From: Prorocentrum cordatum
Taxonomy: Eukaryota
NCBI GenBank assembly: GCA_963575745.1
Contig: CAUYUJ010000156.1
Span: 1 to 64,000 of the forward strand
Direction: 5' to 3'
Length of the DNA: 64,000 bases
The notes beneath the pieces are model-generated. The model was given only the letters and a program-made list of their open reading frames with translations. It was not told where the DNA came from and did no database searches. The translations under genes were made by a program, and so were the position numbers. Shown piece by piece: positions 1 to 11,385 of the stretch. Every line of letters begins with the position of its first letter. The stretch's first letter is position 1.

Positions 1-952
1 AGGAGGAGGAGGAGGAGGAGGCGGAGGAGGAGGAGGCGGAGGAGAGGGAGGAGGGGGAGGAGGGGGAGGAGGAGGAAGAAGAAAAATAAGAATCATAATA
101 ATAATAATACTAATTATAATAATAATAATAATAATAATAAGAAGAAGAAGAAGAAGAAGAAGAATAATAAGAAGAAGAAGAAGAATAAGAATAATAATAA
201 TAATAAGAAGAAGAAGAATAAGAAGAATAATAATAATAAGAAGAATAAGAAGAAGCAGAAGAAGAATAAGACGAAGAAGAAGAATAATAAGAATAATAAT
301 AATAATAAGAAGAATAATAATAATAAGAAGAATATTAAGAAGAATAATAATAAGAAGAAGAAGAATAATAATAAGAATAAGAAGAATAATAATAATACGA
401 AGACGAAACAGAAGAATAATAAGAAAAATGATAACAAGAGGAGGAGGAGGCGGAGGAGGAGGAGGAGGAGGAGGAAGAAGAAGCAGACAAATAGTAATAC
501 TAAGAAACAGAGGAGGAGGAGGAGGAGGTGGAGGAGGAGGAGGAGGAGTCGTGGAGGAGGAGGAGGACGGAGGAGGAGGAGGAGGAGGTAGGAGCAGGAG
601 GAGGGGTGAGGAGGAGGAGGAGGAGGAGGAGGGAGGGAGGAGGAGGAGAGGAGGAGGAGGAGGAGGACGAGGACGAGGAGGAGGAGGAGGAGGTGGAGGA
701 GGATGGAGGAGGGGAGGAGGGGAGGAGGAGGAGGAGGAGGAGGAGGAGGAGAGGGAGGTGGGGGAGAGAGGGGGGAGGTAGGAGGAGAAGAAAAAAAACA
801 ATAGGAGGAGGTGGAGGAGGAGGAGGAGGAGGAAGGAGCGGAGGAGGAGGAGGAGGAGGAGGAGGAGGAGGAGGAGGTGGAGGAGGAGGAGGAGGAGGAG
901 GAGGAGGAGGAGGAGGAGAGGGAGGAGGGGGAGGAGGGGGAGGAGGAGGAGC
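1..952. repeat. Compound microsatellite (GGA)n/(AAT)n/(AAG)n
   Basis: Visible trinucleotide runs; overlapping ORFs are homopolymeric. Confidence 0.97.
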
Positions 953-1154
953 CATGGCAGATCGAGGGTGAGGAGGTGAGCCGTGCGAGGCTGGGAGGAG
1001 GCCCTGGAGGGGGAGAGGGGGCCCAGGCGTCGTCCCAGGCGCCCGCGGCGCCCCGATGGGGATCGAGAGGCGACGCGTCCGTCGTCGCTCTGGTGGCCTC
1101 GGGGGGGCCCAGGGCGCGGCCCCCCCCTCGGAGGGCTCGGAGGGCACTTGCAAC

Positions 1155-1400
1155 CATCCTTGGGGCCGTCTTGGGGCCTCCCGGATGTGTGCGTCGGAGG
1201 CTATCTTGGAGGCCATTTTGGAGGCCATTTTGGAGGCCATTTTGGAGGCCATTTTGGAGGCCATCCTTGGGGCCGTCTTGAGGCCTCCTGGATGTGTGCG
1301 TCGGAGGCTATCTCGAGCCATCTTGGAGTTCTCCTGGGCCATCTTGGAGGCCACTTTGGGCCTCCGAGGTCCTCCTGGAGCCATGGGCGATCCTGGGGCC
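1155..1400. repeat. Short satellite (GGCCATTTTGGA / TTGGAGGCCATC family)
   Basis: 12-mer tandem units at ~1205-1265; same TTGGAGGCC motif family as 27310-30320. Confidence 0.85.
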
Positions 1401-2830
1401 GCCCTGGCGCCTCGCGACACCCCCCCTCCCAGGCCCAGGGGGGAGGCTGCAGGCGAGGAGCCCGGGGCAGAGCGGCAGATCTCGGGCCACGGGGGGAGGG
1501 GGTCGCGTCCCTCGCGACTCCCCCGCGGCGCGAAGCCACACCTCCGCCGCTTCGGTGGTCTCGGTGCGGGCTTCTTCTGCCTGTGTCGGGGGCTTCTCTG
1601 GCGGCCCTTGCGTGCAGGGCCCCAGGGCTGTCAGCACAGAGAGGCCCGGGCTGCACGACACGGTCTGGGGGAATGGGTCTGGCTCTCTGGGGTCCCTGTC
1701 GTGACACACGGCCACGACGTCGGTGATCCGGGGCAACAGGAGGAGGTGCCCCCGGGTCCGGGCGGCGCCCACGCGAGACCGTGGCGCCGGGCACGTGTTG
1801 GTAAAAGCGTTCCCTCGCACCCAGAGGTAGCTCCCCGACCACCTGAGACCGCTCGAGAGCGACGCGGGACTGGCCGCCGAGAGGGGGCCGAGAGATCCAC
1901 AGGGGACGGCCCACGTCACGAAGATACGTGTCGTCCCCTGGCCTTCCAGGCGGGCACCCGACTTAAAAAAACCTATCCCAAAGATATTCTACGTCTTGGT
2001 TTTAGGCTGTTTCGCTCAGCCTTTTAGGATTTTGGGTCTCGGGTCTCCAGTGCTAAGCAAACATAGCTCTCTGGAAGGTCAGGGTCATGTCGCAGAGGAA
2101 GAGACATCTGGTCCCTCTGCTGCTGGTGCTGCAGCTTCTCTTCTTCCTCCCAGCTTGGACAGCCCGGCCGACAGTTGCACAGCGGGCAGTCGCCGCCGGC
2201 TGCGGGGCAGCCAGCAGCCGATGGGACCGCTCGTCAAATGGCGGGTCCCAGGAACCCTGAACCCAGACAGACAGCCATCTCTTGGAGGACAGATTCTTGC
2301 TTCCGCCAGGTTCCGCAGGCCTTCCACTGGCGGAGCCGCCTTCTCTTTTTTCTTCCGTGGGGCGTTCGCCGACTTCCGCAGAGGAAGAGCTGTCCAACCT
2401 CTCGATCTCTCAGGGGGGGGGCCCGTCTGGAGCGTCCGGCATGTGCCCGCTGTGTTTGTCTCCCTTCTCTGCGCCATGTGTTCCCCCCCGGGCGGCGAGG
2501 TCTCTGGCCCCCTCCCCCCGGCCCGCCCGCTGCGCTCTCGCGGGGCGCCCGCAGGATACTTCGGCCGACGGCGGTCCGAGAGGGGGCTGGCTGGCGAACA
2601 GGCCGTGGGACCTGCGGTCCGGAACCTGTGGCTCAGCGCTGTGATGTTCCCACCTACTTTAGCCTTGATCGCCAGAAAGAATTTAGAGCGCACCCCAGAA
2701 CTCGAGGGTCTTCACGTGTCGGGCCCTGGGAGGCACTGTTTCGACACTCTTTCGACACTCTTTCGACACTTGTCCGGGTGCTCGAGATTATTTCTTGGAT
2801 GTGGTCCTCAGGTACGCTGGGAGCAACACC

Positions 2831-3051
2831 AGCTTAGCGTGTCGTTCCGCTGGCTCTGGCCCACCACGCGTCGGCGCGACACGCTGTCCATACGTTGCGG
2901 CCCCCAGGCGTCGGCGTCCCGAGCTCTTCCGGTCTTCCCGTCCCGCGAGGCGGCGCGAGACGCCATCTGCTCGCGGGGCACAGCGTGTCGCCAGGGCCGC
3001 CGCCGCAGCATTGCTCCAGACAGGCCGACACGAGGGTGGCCGCTGTAAGCA
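2831..3051. mobile_element. Degenerate copy of the GCTTAGCGTGTCG inverted-repeat element
   Basis: Colinear with 13691-13901 (GCTTAGCGTGTCG, CCACCACGC, CGACACGCTGTCCA, ACAGCGTGTCGCC); right end decayed. Confidence 0.7.
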
Positions 3052-3185
3052 CGGTGGGCCCCGACCCTTTATGGCCGCGCGCGGAGCAAAGTGCGCAGGG
3101 AACGAGAGCTGCAAGGTGCGGCGGTGGTGGTGGTGGTGGGCATGACAGCCGTGATCGCCTGCGCGCTGCGTGCTCGAACTTTGAG

Positions 3186-3240
3186 GCGTTCGAGGATCGA
3201 AGGAATCGCCATCTCTTCCTCGGCGGATGGCTGCGGAAGG
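3186..3240 (+). CDS. Tentative small exon (AFEDRRNRHLFLGGWLRK)
   Basis: Follows AG|G; complex protein-like peptide. No partner exon could be confirmed. Confidence 0.25.
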
Positions 3241-3421
3241 GCGGCGGAGTGTCCCGCCGGAAGAACACAACGGGGCCGACTCCCACATAGCGGAAGCTGG
3301 CGGAAGGCCAGCGGAATGTGACCGAAGTGAAAGATCTGGCCCCAAGAGATGGCAACATGTGTGGGTTCGGAGTTGCAGGAGTCCGCCAACTGTGTCCCTC
3401 TCGCTTGTGCGCGCGCGTCCG

Positions 3422-3614
3422 TCGGGGGCGGCAAAAAGGGGGGCGATGACTAAGGGGGGTGGATACCATGGCGGGGGCCACGATGTTTCCTCAGACTTCA
3501 TGGCGCCTCTTCTCATTCCATGACGTCCCTGACCCCCCCGCTGGGCCGCACACGTACCGCCGGTCACGATTCGCGCCCCCCCCTCTTGGACGCCCCCCTC
3601 TTGGCCGCCCCCGA
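3422..3614. mobile_element. MITE-like element, 5-bp TSD GTCCG
   Basis: TIR TCGGGGGCGGC...GCCGCCCCCGA; GTCCG at 3417-3421 and 3615-3619. Confidence 0.85.
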
Positions 3615-3629
3615 GTCCGCTGGCCTGCC

Positions 3630-3740
3630 TCAGGAGGGAAAAGAACACACAGACACAATTAATCGTCGATTCCCTAGAAAATATGGGACGTGGGGGGGAA
3701 GACAGAAAACCCAGAAAACATTTACAAATATGGGGAATCC
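3630..3740. mobile_element. Truncated copy of the ~160 bp TCAGGAGGG element
   Basis: Homologous to 17649-17810 and 57775-57939; cut off by the (GTT)n tract. Confidence 0.8.
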
Positions 3741-3880
3741 TGTTGCTGTTGTTGTTGCTGCTGCTGCTGTTGTTGGTGTTGCTGTTGCTGTTGTTGTTGT
3801 TGTTGTTGCTGCTGTTGTTGTTGTGGTTGTTGTAATTGTTGTTGTTGTTGCTGCTGCTGCTGCTGTTAGTGTTGTTGTTG

Positions 3881-5062
3881 AACTCTCATTTCTGAAGAAT
3901 AATTATTGTTGATCCCCCCTGTCCGGTGCCCATTGGTTTTTTCAATTGAAGTGCTTCCTCCGGGGCTCGCACCCTGTTTTTTGACAGGGAAAGCCTTGCG
4001 GATCAGAATGCGTTGTTGGGCCCCGGACTACAACAACAACGGCTCCCGCCTGAGACTTCCTCACAATTTACTCAGGACCCCCGCTCCCGCCTGAGACTTC
4101 CTCAAAATTTACTCCGGAAGGGCGCTCCCGCTTCAGACTTTCTCACATTTTACTCAGAAGCGGCGCTCCCGCTTGAGACTTCCTTAAGCAGGACCCCTGC
4201 TCCCGCCCGAGACTTTTTCATAATTTACTCAGGAATGGCGCTCTCGCTTAAGACTTCTTCGCAATTTATTGCAGCATCGCGTTCTCGACGCTCAGGAACC
4301 ACGCTCGCGCCAAGGACGCCCTCGCAATATACTTAGGAATCGCGCTCTCGCTTAATACTTCCTCGCAATTTACGCAAAAATCCCGTTTGAATGTCCCGCC
4401 CGCCCGACCCGCCCGTCAGGGTCCGCCCGCCCGACCGGCGCTCCCGCCTGAGACGTCCGACAATGTACTCGGGACCCCCGCTCCCGCCCAACTCTTCCTT
4501 GAGGAATACGCCCTCGCCTAGGACTTCCTCGAACGTTCACACTCTTACCCTCCTGCCCCTTCCTCCCCATCCAACCTCCCTCCTCCCTCCCCTCTCCCTC
4601 ATATCCACCCTCCTCCTCCCTCTTCCTCTCTCCCCTCACCCTCCTCCCATAACCCTCCTCCCTCCTCTCTTCGCCCTCCCCTCTCCAGCCTCCTCCTTCC
4701 TCCCTCCTCTGTCTCTCTATCTCCAATCGTCCCCCCCCCCCCTCCTCGCCCCCTCTCTCCTGGCGTGTTCCCCTTTAGCCTCGTCCCTCCCCCTCCCTTC
4801 CTCCCACTCTCCCTCGTTCTCCCCCTTCCTCTTCTTGCAGGGCCCGCGCTAATTCCAATGGTGGGCAAAGAGATGCGTGCCCCATCCTCCGAATAATTCC
4901 CCGCCCGTTCACGCCCGCTTGTCTAAGCCCGCCCGCCCCCGCAAAAAGAAAGAATCCCCCCAGAAGGGGGTACGCTCGAAGACGAAGGGGGCGGGTATCG
5001 AGGGCGTGGGTATACACGTTGCATGGCACGCGGGCAAGTAAGAGCGAACAGTCTTAAAATGA
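3881..5062. mobile_element. (GTT)n-flanked non-coding element, type A copy 1, with internal ~42-bp tandem repeats
   Basis: Both ends shared with 6878-7894; repeated CGCTCCCGCCTGAGACTTCCTCACAATTTACTCAGG units at ~4040-4530. Confidence 0.75.
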
Positions 5063-5083
5063 TTGTTGTTGTTGTTGTTGTTG

Positions 5084-6050
5084 AACATTATTAATTCTAA
5101 AGAATAATTATTGTTGGGACCCCTGGTGCACGGCCCCCCTGCGCCGCCTAGGCCGCAGCTACATTTTCATCATTTTAGTGAGGAAGGTCTCCGCAAACGG
5201 GTTGGTCCGGATCCGGTTGTTTTGTACGGGCGGTTTTTCCTTGCAAAAAATAAGGTGAAATGGACATTCGCGCGCGCAAGACGAAATCCTTCCAAAACCT
5301 TAGTGTTCGCAGCGATTTTATCATAAAAACATCAAAAAACCAATGGTTTTTCAACAAAAAAATGTCAAAATCTCATCCCGCGCGCTCTTGCGGATTCGTA
5401 GGAAACCCAACACTTTATAAACATTTCTGTCAAACGGGCTATTGCGAGCAACTTTTTCGAACTTCTGCGACAACGGTTGCGCACCTGCCAGGGCCATCAT
5501 CCCTGTCAAATAATACCATGCGGGACACATTCGTTTTTTCTTCGCGCGCGCACGCCGAAATCTTCAAAAACCATTGGGCTCCTTAGGAATTTTAGCACCG
5601 GGCAACATAAAATCATACGCGCCTGCCAGTAGGCGCCACAATTTTCAACTACTGTCGCAAAACCAATACCATGCGCGCTGACACATCCGGCGTGTACTGG
5701 TTTACCGTGGTTTCCTATTCTAGCGTCAGGAACACGTTACCACCAAAAACCAGTACAGGTGTCCAGTGTTGGAACAGGGGGAAAAGTCGTATACTAAGCT
5801 AGCGTCCAGAAAATGTTACCACAACAAGTCACTGTACCCATGCGCCAGTGTAGTAGCCACGGTCGTCCGCAGGCCACGAAGTGAAGTGTCCGAACGTCAT
5901 AGGGCGGGAAGCTGGGTGTGGGTGGTGGCGAAGAGTCGTTTGGAAATGTGGTAGAGCTTGAACCGGCCCCCCCACAAAGTGGGGGTATTGGCGGGCGTCG
6001 TATGAAAACCCTGGCACTGGTGAGAACGGAGTGTCCCCACGTGCTAGTAA
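5084..6050. mobile_element. (GTT)n-flanked non-coding element, type B copy 1
   Basis: Closely matches 6072-6820 and 7904-8664; carries an extra internal block at ~5558-5850. Confidence 0.85.
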
Positions 6051-6071
6051 TTGTTGTTGTTGTTGTTGTTG

Positions 6072-6831
6072 AACATTATTTATTCTAAAGAATAATTATT
6101 GTTGGGCCCCCTGGTGCGCGCCCCCCCTGCGCCGCCTAGGCCGCAGCTACATTTTCATCATTTTCGTGAGGAAGCCTCAGAAAAGAGGGTGTGTACAGGA
6201 TCCGGTTGTTTTGTTGTAATCCGCTTTCCCTTGCAAAAAACAATAGAAAATGACATTTCTTGTTCTAATATAATCAAATTTCAAGAATCCCTTGCAAAAA
6301 ATAAGGTAAAGTGGACATTCGCGCGCGCAAGACGAAATCCTTCCAAAACCTTAGTGTTCGCAGCGATTTCAACATACAAACATCAAAAAACCTATGGTTT
6401 TTCAACAAAAAATTGTCAAAATCTCATCCCGCGCGCTCTTGCGGATTCGTAGGAAACCCAACACTTTTTAAACATTTCTGTCAAACGGGCTTTTGCGAGC
6501 AACTTTTTCGAACTTCTGCGACAACGGTTGCGCACCTGCCAGGGCCATCATCCCTGTCAAATAATACCATGCGGGACACATTCGTTTTTTCTTCGCGCGC
6601 GCACGCCGTCGTCGTCGGCCGCGGGGCCCTGAATAGTAGCCCCGGTCGTCCGCATGCCACGAAGTGAAGTGTCCGAACGTCATAGGGCGGGAAGCTGGGT
6701 GTGGGTGGTGGCGAAGAGTCGTTTGGAAATTTGGTAGAGCTTGAACCGGCCCCCCCACAAAGTGGGGGTATTGCCCGCCTCCTATGAAAACCCTGGCACT
6801 GGTGAGAACGGAGTGTCCCCAGTCTTAAATG

Positions 6832-6832
<1 letters not shown>
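6072..6832. mobile_element. Type B copy 2, ending in a type A terminus
   Basis: B sequence up to GTGTCCCC (6820), then AGTCTTAAATGA as at the end of type A. Confidence 0.85.
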
Positions 6833-6866
<34 letters not shown>

Positions 6867-6877
6867 AATTGTTGTTG

Positions 6878-7583
6878 AAGTCTCACTTCTGAAGAATAAT
6901 TATTGTTGATCCCCCCCACCGGTGCATATTGTTTTTTCTCATTCAAAGTGTACTCCTCGACGCTCGCGCCCTGTTTTTTGACAGGGAAAGTCTTCCTGCT
7001 GAAACTGGGCCCCTGGCCCCCGGGTTACAACAACAACGGCTCCCGCTTGAGACTTCCTTACAATTTAGCCAGGACCCCCGCTCCCGCCCGAGACTTCCTC
7101 GCATGTTATTCAGGAATCGCGCTCTCGCCTGGGACCTCCTTATAATTTATTCAGGAATCTCTCTCCCGGCGCTCTGGAGTCGCGCTCTCGCTGGAGACTT
7201 GCTTGCGACTTACTGAAGAATGGCATTGCGTTGGGATTTCTTGCATTTTTCCCAAGCGCTCCGCTCCCGACACCCAGGCACCCAGGAGTCGCGCCCGTTG
7301 TGGCCCCATGTGCATACACTTCGTGGCCCCGCTGTCGCCATTTGTGTCCCCCTCACTGTCCTACGTGGCCCAGTCGCTACCTTAGTGGCCCCATAGTTGC
7401 CTTCTGTGGCCCCGCATTATCTACACTTCGTGGCCCCCGCTCGTTCGCGCTCTTCGTGGCCCCATACGCATTCCCTTCGTGTCCCCGCTGTCGCCCTTCG
7501 TGGCCTACTTCGTGCCCTTCGTGGCCCTGCTGTCGTTCTCTCTCGCTCTCGCTTTCGCTCGTCGTCGCCGTCGTCGTCGTCGA

Positions 7584-7637
<54 letters not shown>

Positions 7638-7894
7638 GGTCGGTCCCCTGTCCGTCCATCTTGGGGTCGGGTCGACGGTCCACGGCCGCCCCGCCGATCA
7701 GCGCTGCCGCTGGCCAGGCCGACGATTCGCGGCCGCCCCGCCGCTTGCCGGGGCCCGGCCTGCAGGGAAAAAAGCTATACCGGTACACCCCCCAAAAGGG
7801 GTTCGATCGAAGACGAAGAGGGCGGGTATAGAGGGTTTGGGAAATACGCGTTATTGGACACTCGAGCATATAAGGGCGAACAGACTTACAATGA
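6878..7894. mobile_element. Type A copy 2
   Basis: Ends and 42-bp repeats shared with 3881-5062; different middle (GTGGCCCC repeats, (GTC)n). Confidence 0.75.
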
Positions 7895-7903
7895 TTGTTG
7901 TTG

Positions 7904-8664
7904 AACATTATTTATTCTAAAGAATAATTATTGTTGGGCCCCCTGGTGCGCGCCCCCCCTGCGCCGCCTAGGCCGCAGCTACATTTTCATCATTTTCGTG
8001 AGGAAGCCTCAGAAAAGAGGGTGTGTACAGGATCCGGCTGTTTTGTTGTAGTCCGCTTTCCCTTGCAAAAAACAATAGAAAATGACATTTCTTGTTCTAA
8101 TATAAACAAATTTCAAGAATCCCTTGCAAAAAATAAGGTAAAGTGGACATTCGCGCGCGCAAGACGAAATCCTTCCAAAACCTTAGTGTTCGCAGCGATT
8201 TTAACATAAAAACATCAAAAAACCAATGGTTTTTCAACAAAAAAATGTCAAAATCTCATCCCGCGCGCTCTTGCGGATTCGTAGGAAACCCAACACTTTT
8301 TAAACATTTCTGTCAAACGGGCTTTTGCGAGCAACTTTTTCGAACTTCTGCGACAACGGTTGCGCACCTGCCAGGGCCATCATCCCTGTCAAATAATACC
8401 ATGCGGGACACATTCGTTTTTTCTTCGCGCGCGCACGCCGTCGTCGTCGGCCGCGGGGCCCTGAATAGTAGCCACGGTCGTCCGCATACCACGAAGTGAA
8501 GTGTCCGAACGTCATAGGGCGGGAAGCTGGGTGTGGGTGGTGGCGAAGAGTCGTTTGGAAATTTGGTAGAGCTTGAACCGGCCCCCCCACAAAGTGGGGG
8601 TATTGCCCGCCTCCTATGAAAACCTTGGCACTGGTGAGAACGGAGTGTCCCCACGTGCTAGTAA
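7904..8664. mobile_element. Type B copy 3
   Basis: Near-identical to 6072-6820; ends GTGCTAGTAA before (TTG)n. Confidence 0.85.
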
Positions 8665-8680
8665 TTGTTGTTGTTGTTGC

Positions 8681-8712
<32 letters not shown>

Positions 8713-8730
8713 CTTTTCCTCCAGGCTTGT

Positions 8731-8952
8731 CAGATGGGGTCAGAGTAGATGGGGTCGGAGGATCGCGCCGCATCGCTGGTGCATCGCCGATGCGGCTCGA
8801 AGTGGAGCCCGTGTTTCCCCACACCTACGTTGCCGATGATTCGCGGACGTCGTTGATGCATCGCCGGCGCATCGCCGATGTATCGCCGATGCATCGCCGA
8901 TGTATCGGCGATGAGGCGCGATCCTCCGACCACATCCCTTTTATCCTCTATC
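8731..8952. mobile_element. MITE-like element with GATGGGGTCGGAGGATCG inverted ends and internal CATCGCCGATG repeats
   Basis: GATGGGGTCGGAGGATCGCG pairs with CGCGATCCTCCGACCACATC; second copy at 10162-10584. Confidence 0.75.
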
Positions 8953-9775
8953 CACTGTGCGAGCGCGTCTGGTCTGTCAGCCCCCCTTGGCTCAAGCGTG
9001 CTGAGCGGAGCCTGAGCTTTACAGCTTGCAGCGCTCTTGCGAGGTTGGCCCTGCCAGCCTACGCGACCACTCGCTTTTGGTAGGTCCCGCTCGCGCTCCG
9101 GTTCCCGCGGGATGGACCTCCAGGATCCGGGGCGCCGCCAAGAGAGTGTCCTGGGGGCCGAGGTGGCCCCATGCATCGACGAACAGCAGGCTGCATAAAC
9201 ATACAGTGCAGGCGCTGAGGTAAGGACTCCTTTGGGTTAAGTCGGGCCTGTCCCTCCACAGGAGGAATATGCAAAAACAGTCCAAAAATCGTCCAGGAAC
9301 GATTTGTGTGTGTGTGTGTGTTTAAATGTTTCGGGGTAGTTCGTGAGTGTTCCTATTTTTCGCCCAGAACCCGCTTGTAAGGGGGACGCGCCCGACCTAG
9401 CCTTTGGCCTCAGGAGGGGGCTCGGGTTTTTTTGGCGGGGTCGGTCCTCGGGGATCTTCGGATGCAACTCCTGGGAGGTCAGATTCTGTTTTTGCCCTGG
9501 TCCGAAAGCCGGCTTACTCCGGGCTGATCCGGCTATAATCCCGTTTGCTCCGGCTCAATCCCGCTCAATCCCGTCAAAAGTCCGGCCTAATGGCAGTCAA
9601 TCCGTTAAAATCCTTGCAGTCTCAGGCGAAACGCCGGGCCCGCCCTGCATACACGTCTGGGGGTGCGAGAGGGAGGAGTTCTTGTAAGGAAAAGCGATGG
9701 GGGTGGAGGAGGAGGAGGAAGAGGAGGAGGAGCTTGGACCCTTCAGCCGTCACTTCTTGCGCGCCCCACAGAGAG

Positions 9776-9868
9776 GATGGTGGCGTGGCCGCAGAGGACG
9801 GCGGCGAGGCCGCGGGCGAGGACACCGCCGACACCTGCGCCGGCCCACCCTCGCGCAAGCTCCTCGAG
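9776..9868 (+). CDS. Candidate host-gene exon (DGGVAAEDGGEAAGEDTADTCAGPPSRKLLE)
   Basis: AG|G acceptor and GAG|GC donor, 93 nt; AG|GCG junction repeated at the 11035 acceptor. Start could instead be 9797. Confidence 0.45.
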
Positions 9869-10161
9869 GCGATGGCTGGAAGCGCCCCCCCCATCGGATC
9901 CCGACTGCGTTTGCCTACGTTCAAGCAGTGGCGAAGCGTCCTGGCTCGCCTATAGCCCCACCAAAGAATATTCTAAGAACCTTTTGTGGTTTCCACGAAA
10001 TGTTCTTAGAACTTTTCTGATTGAGACTGTCTTGTTTTATCACATATGGCTTATGTTCTAAAAACATTGTCTTTGTTATTCGAACACTTTGGGGTTTTAA
10101 GAGCATTTCGTGGCAGGACTATAGGAATGGCGGGACGGTCGGTCCATGTTCAATACGTCTC

Positions 10162-10584
10162 CCGAAGGGGGTTCGAGTAGATGTCAGAGCCCCGAGTTAT
10201 GAGGGTAGGGCGGGGTCTTGGATAGCTCCCGATTGGGGGCTTCAGTTTTCGCGTTGGAGCTGCCCCATGCTGCACTCAATTCATGTTGTGTAGATGATTG
10301 CAGTCTTCTCTTGAAGCAGGAGTTGTTCCGGATCAAGTGGCGGTTCCAGGGCTTCCCTGGATCATGTTTGGGGGCATCAAGTAAGCCCTACCCGGACCAG
10401 GGGTCCATCCCGAATAACTCGGGTGCCCGAAGATGGGGTCGGCAGATCATGCCGCATTGTCGATGCATCCCCGCTGCGGCTCGATGTGGAGCCCGATGTT
10501 CTCCGCCCTGGCGTCGCCGATGCGTCGCCGATGCATCGGCGATGCGGCTCGATCCTCCGACCCCATTCACTCGGACCCCATCTA
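10162..10584. mobile_element. Second GATGGGGTC element, interrupted by a nested insertion
   Basis: Removing 10184-10430 plus one AGATG restores the left arm GAGTAGATGGGGTCGG; right arm CGATCCTCCGACCCCATTCACTCGGACCCCATCTA. Confidence 0.7.
10184..10430. mobile_element. MITE-like element, 5-bp TSD AGATG
   Basis: TCAGAGCCCCGAGTTAT...ATAACTCGGGTGCCCGA; AGATG at 10179-10183 and 10431-10435. Confidence 0.85.
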
Positions 10585-11034
10585 GGATGCCTCTAGTGTG
10601 TGTGTGTGTGTGTGTGCCGATCTGCGCTCCCTTCTCCCGTTCCCCGCTGCTGTTTTCTTTGGGAAAGGAAGAGGCAGCGATGCGGCTTCCCGTCCCCGTT
10701 TTGGCTTATGAGCCATCGTAGCCACGGCCGGACTCGCCTCGAAATTCGGGCCAGAGCACCCCGAAGGAGGTCTGGGCAGTAGCCGTATCGGCATCCTCTC
10801 GTCTCCCCAGTCTTGGCTTGGGCATGGCCGCGAGATCTTGCACTTCCGCCCAGAGGGAAGGGGTCATCGGTCGCATCCTGCGGATCACTGTGGAAGATGG
10901 CAGGCTCCTTAGCTCAAGCTCCTCCCCCCGCAACAGACAGACAGGTAGACAGACAGTCAGACAGACAGACAGACGGACAGACAGAGAGACAGACACAGAC
11001 ACACCCACACGCACACGCGCACGCGCCGTGAAAG

Positions 11035-11157
11035 GCGGCTGTGGACGCGGCGTGGGCGAAGCAGTCGTGCGAGCACTTTGCCGAGCAGTCTCCCGTGCCG
11101 TCCTTCGCCTCCTCCGTGCCGCCCCTCGCCGAGCACTCCGCCCCGTTCACGGGGGAG
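11035..11157 (+). CDS. Candidate host-gene exon (AAVDAAWAKQSCEHFAEQ...APFTGE); 3' end uncertain
   Basis: AAG|GCG acceptor, open frame, possible GAG|GA donor that keeps frame with 12944. Confidence 0.4.
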
Positions 11158-11189
11158 GATCAATATGCAAAAAGTGTACATGAGCGTAA

Positions 11190-11385
11190 CTCGCGGAGTC
11201 GAGGAACAAGACACGGCATAAACATAAACTTTCGCAGCTCCGCGCAGATCTCTTGGATCGGCTCTGGGCCCCCCCATGGCGGCGCTTCTGGCACCGCCCC
11301 TGGCGCGCTCCGCGCGCCAGGGAGCAGGGTCCAGCGCAGAGCCGAGAAACCCGCGCGGACCTTTGTATTTGTTGGGAAGTCGATT
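11190..11385. repeat. Dispersed ~190 bp repeat; inverted homologue at ~33240-33445
   Basis: CCGCGCAGATCTCTTGGATCGGC here versus GCCGATCCAAGAAATCTGCGCGG at ~33370. Confidence 0.7.

Noticed and set aside
1..1420. Long ORFs of poly-E/G/R/P/S/L here and at other microsatellites
   Set aside because: Stop-free translations of simple repeats, open in several frames.
4040..4530. CRISPR array from 42-bp periodicity
   Set aside because: Whole units are homologous and degenerate; no unique spacers and no cas genes.
5111..8654. Repeated 108-118 aa ORFs in type B elements as a transposase
   Set aside because: Short, different C-termini among copies, no catalytic motifs.
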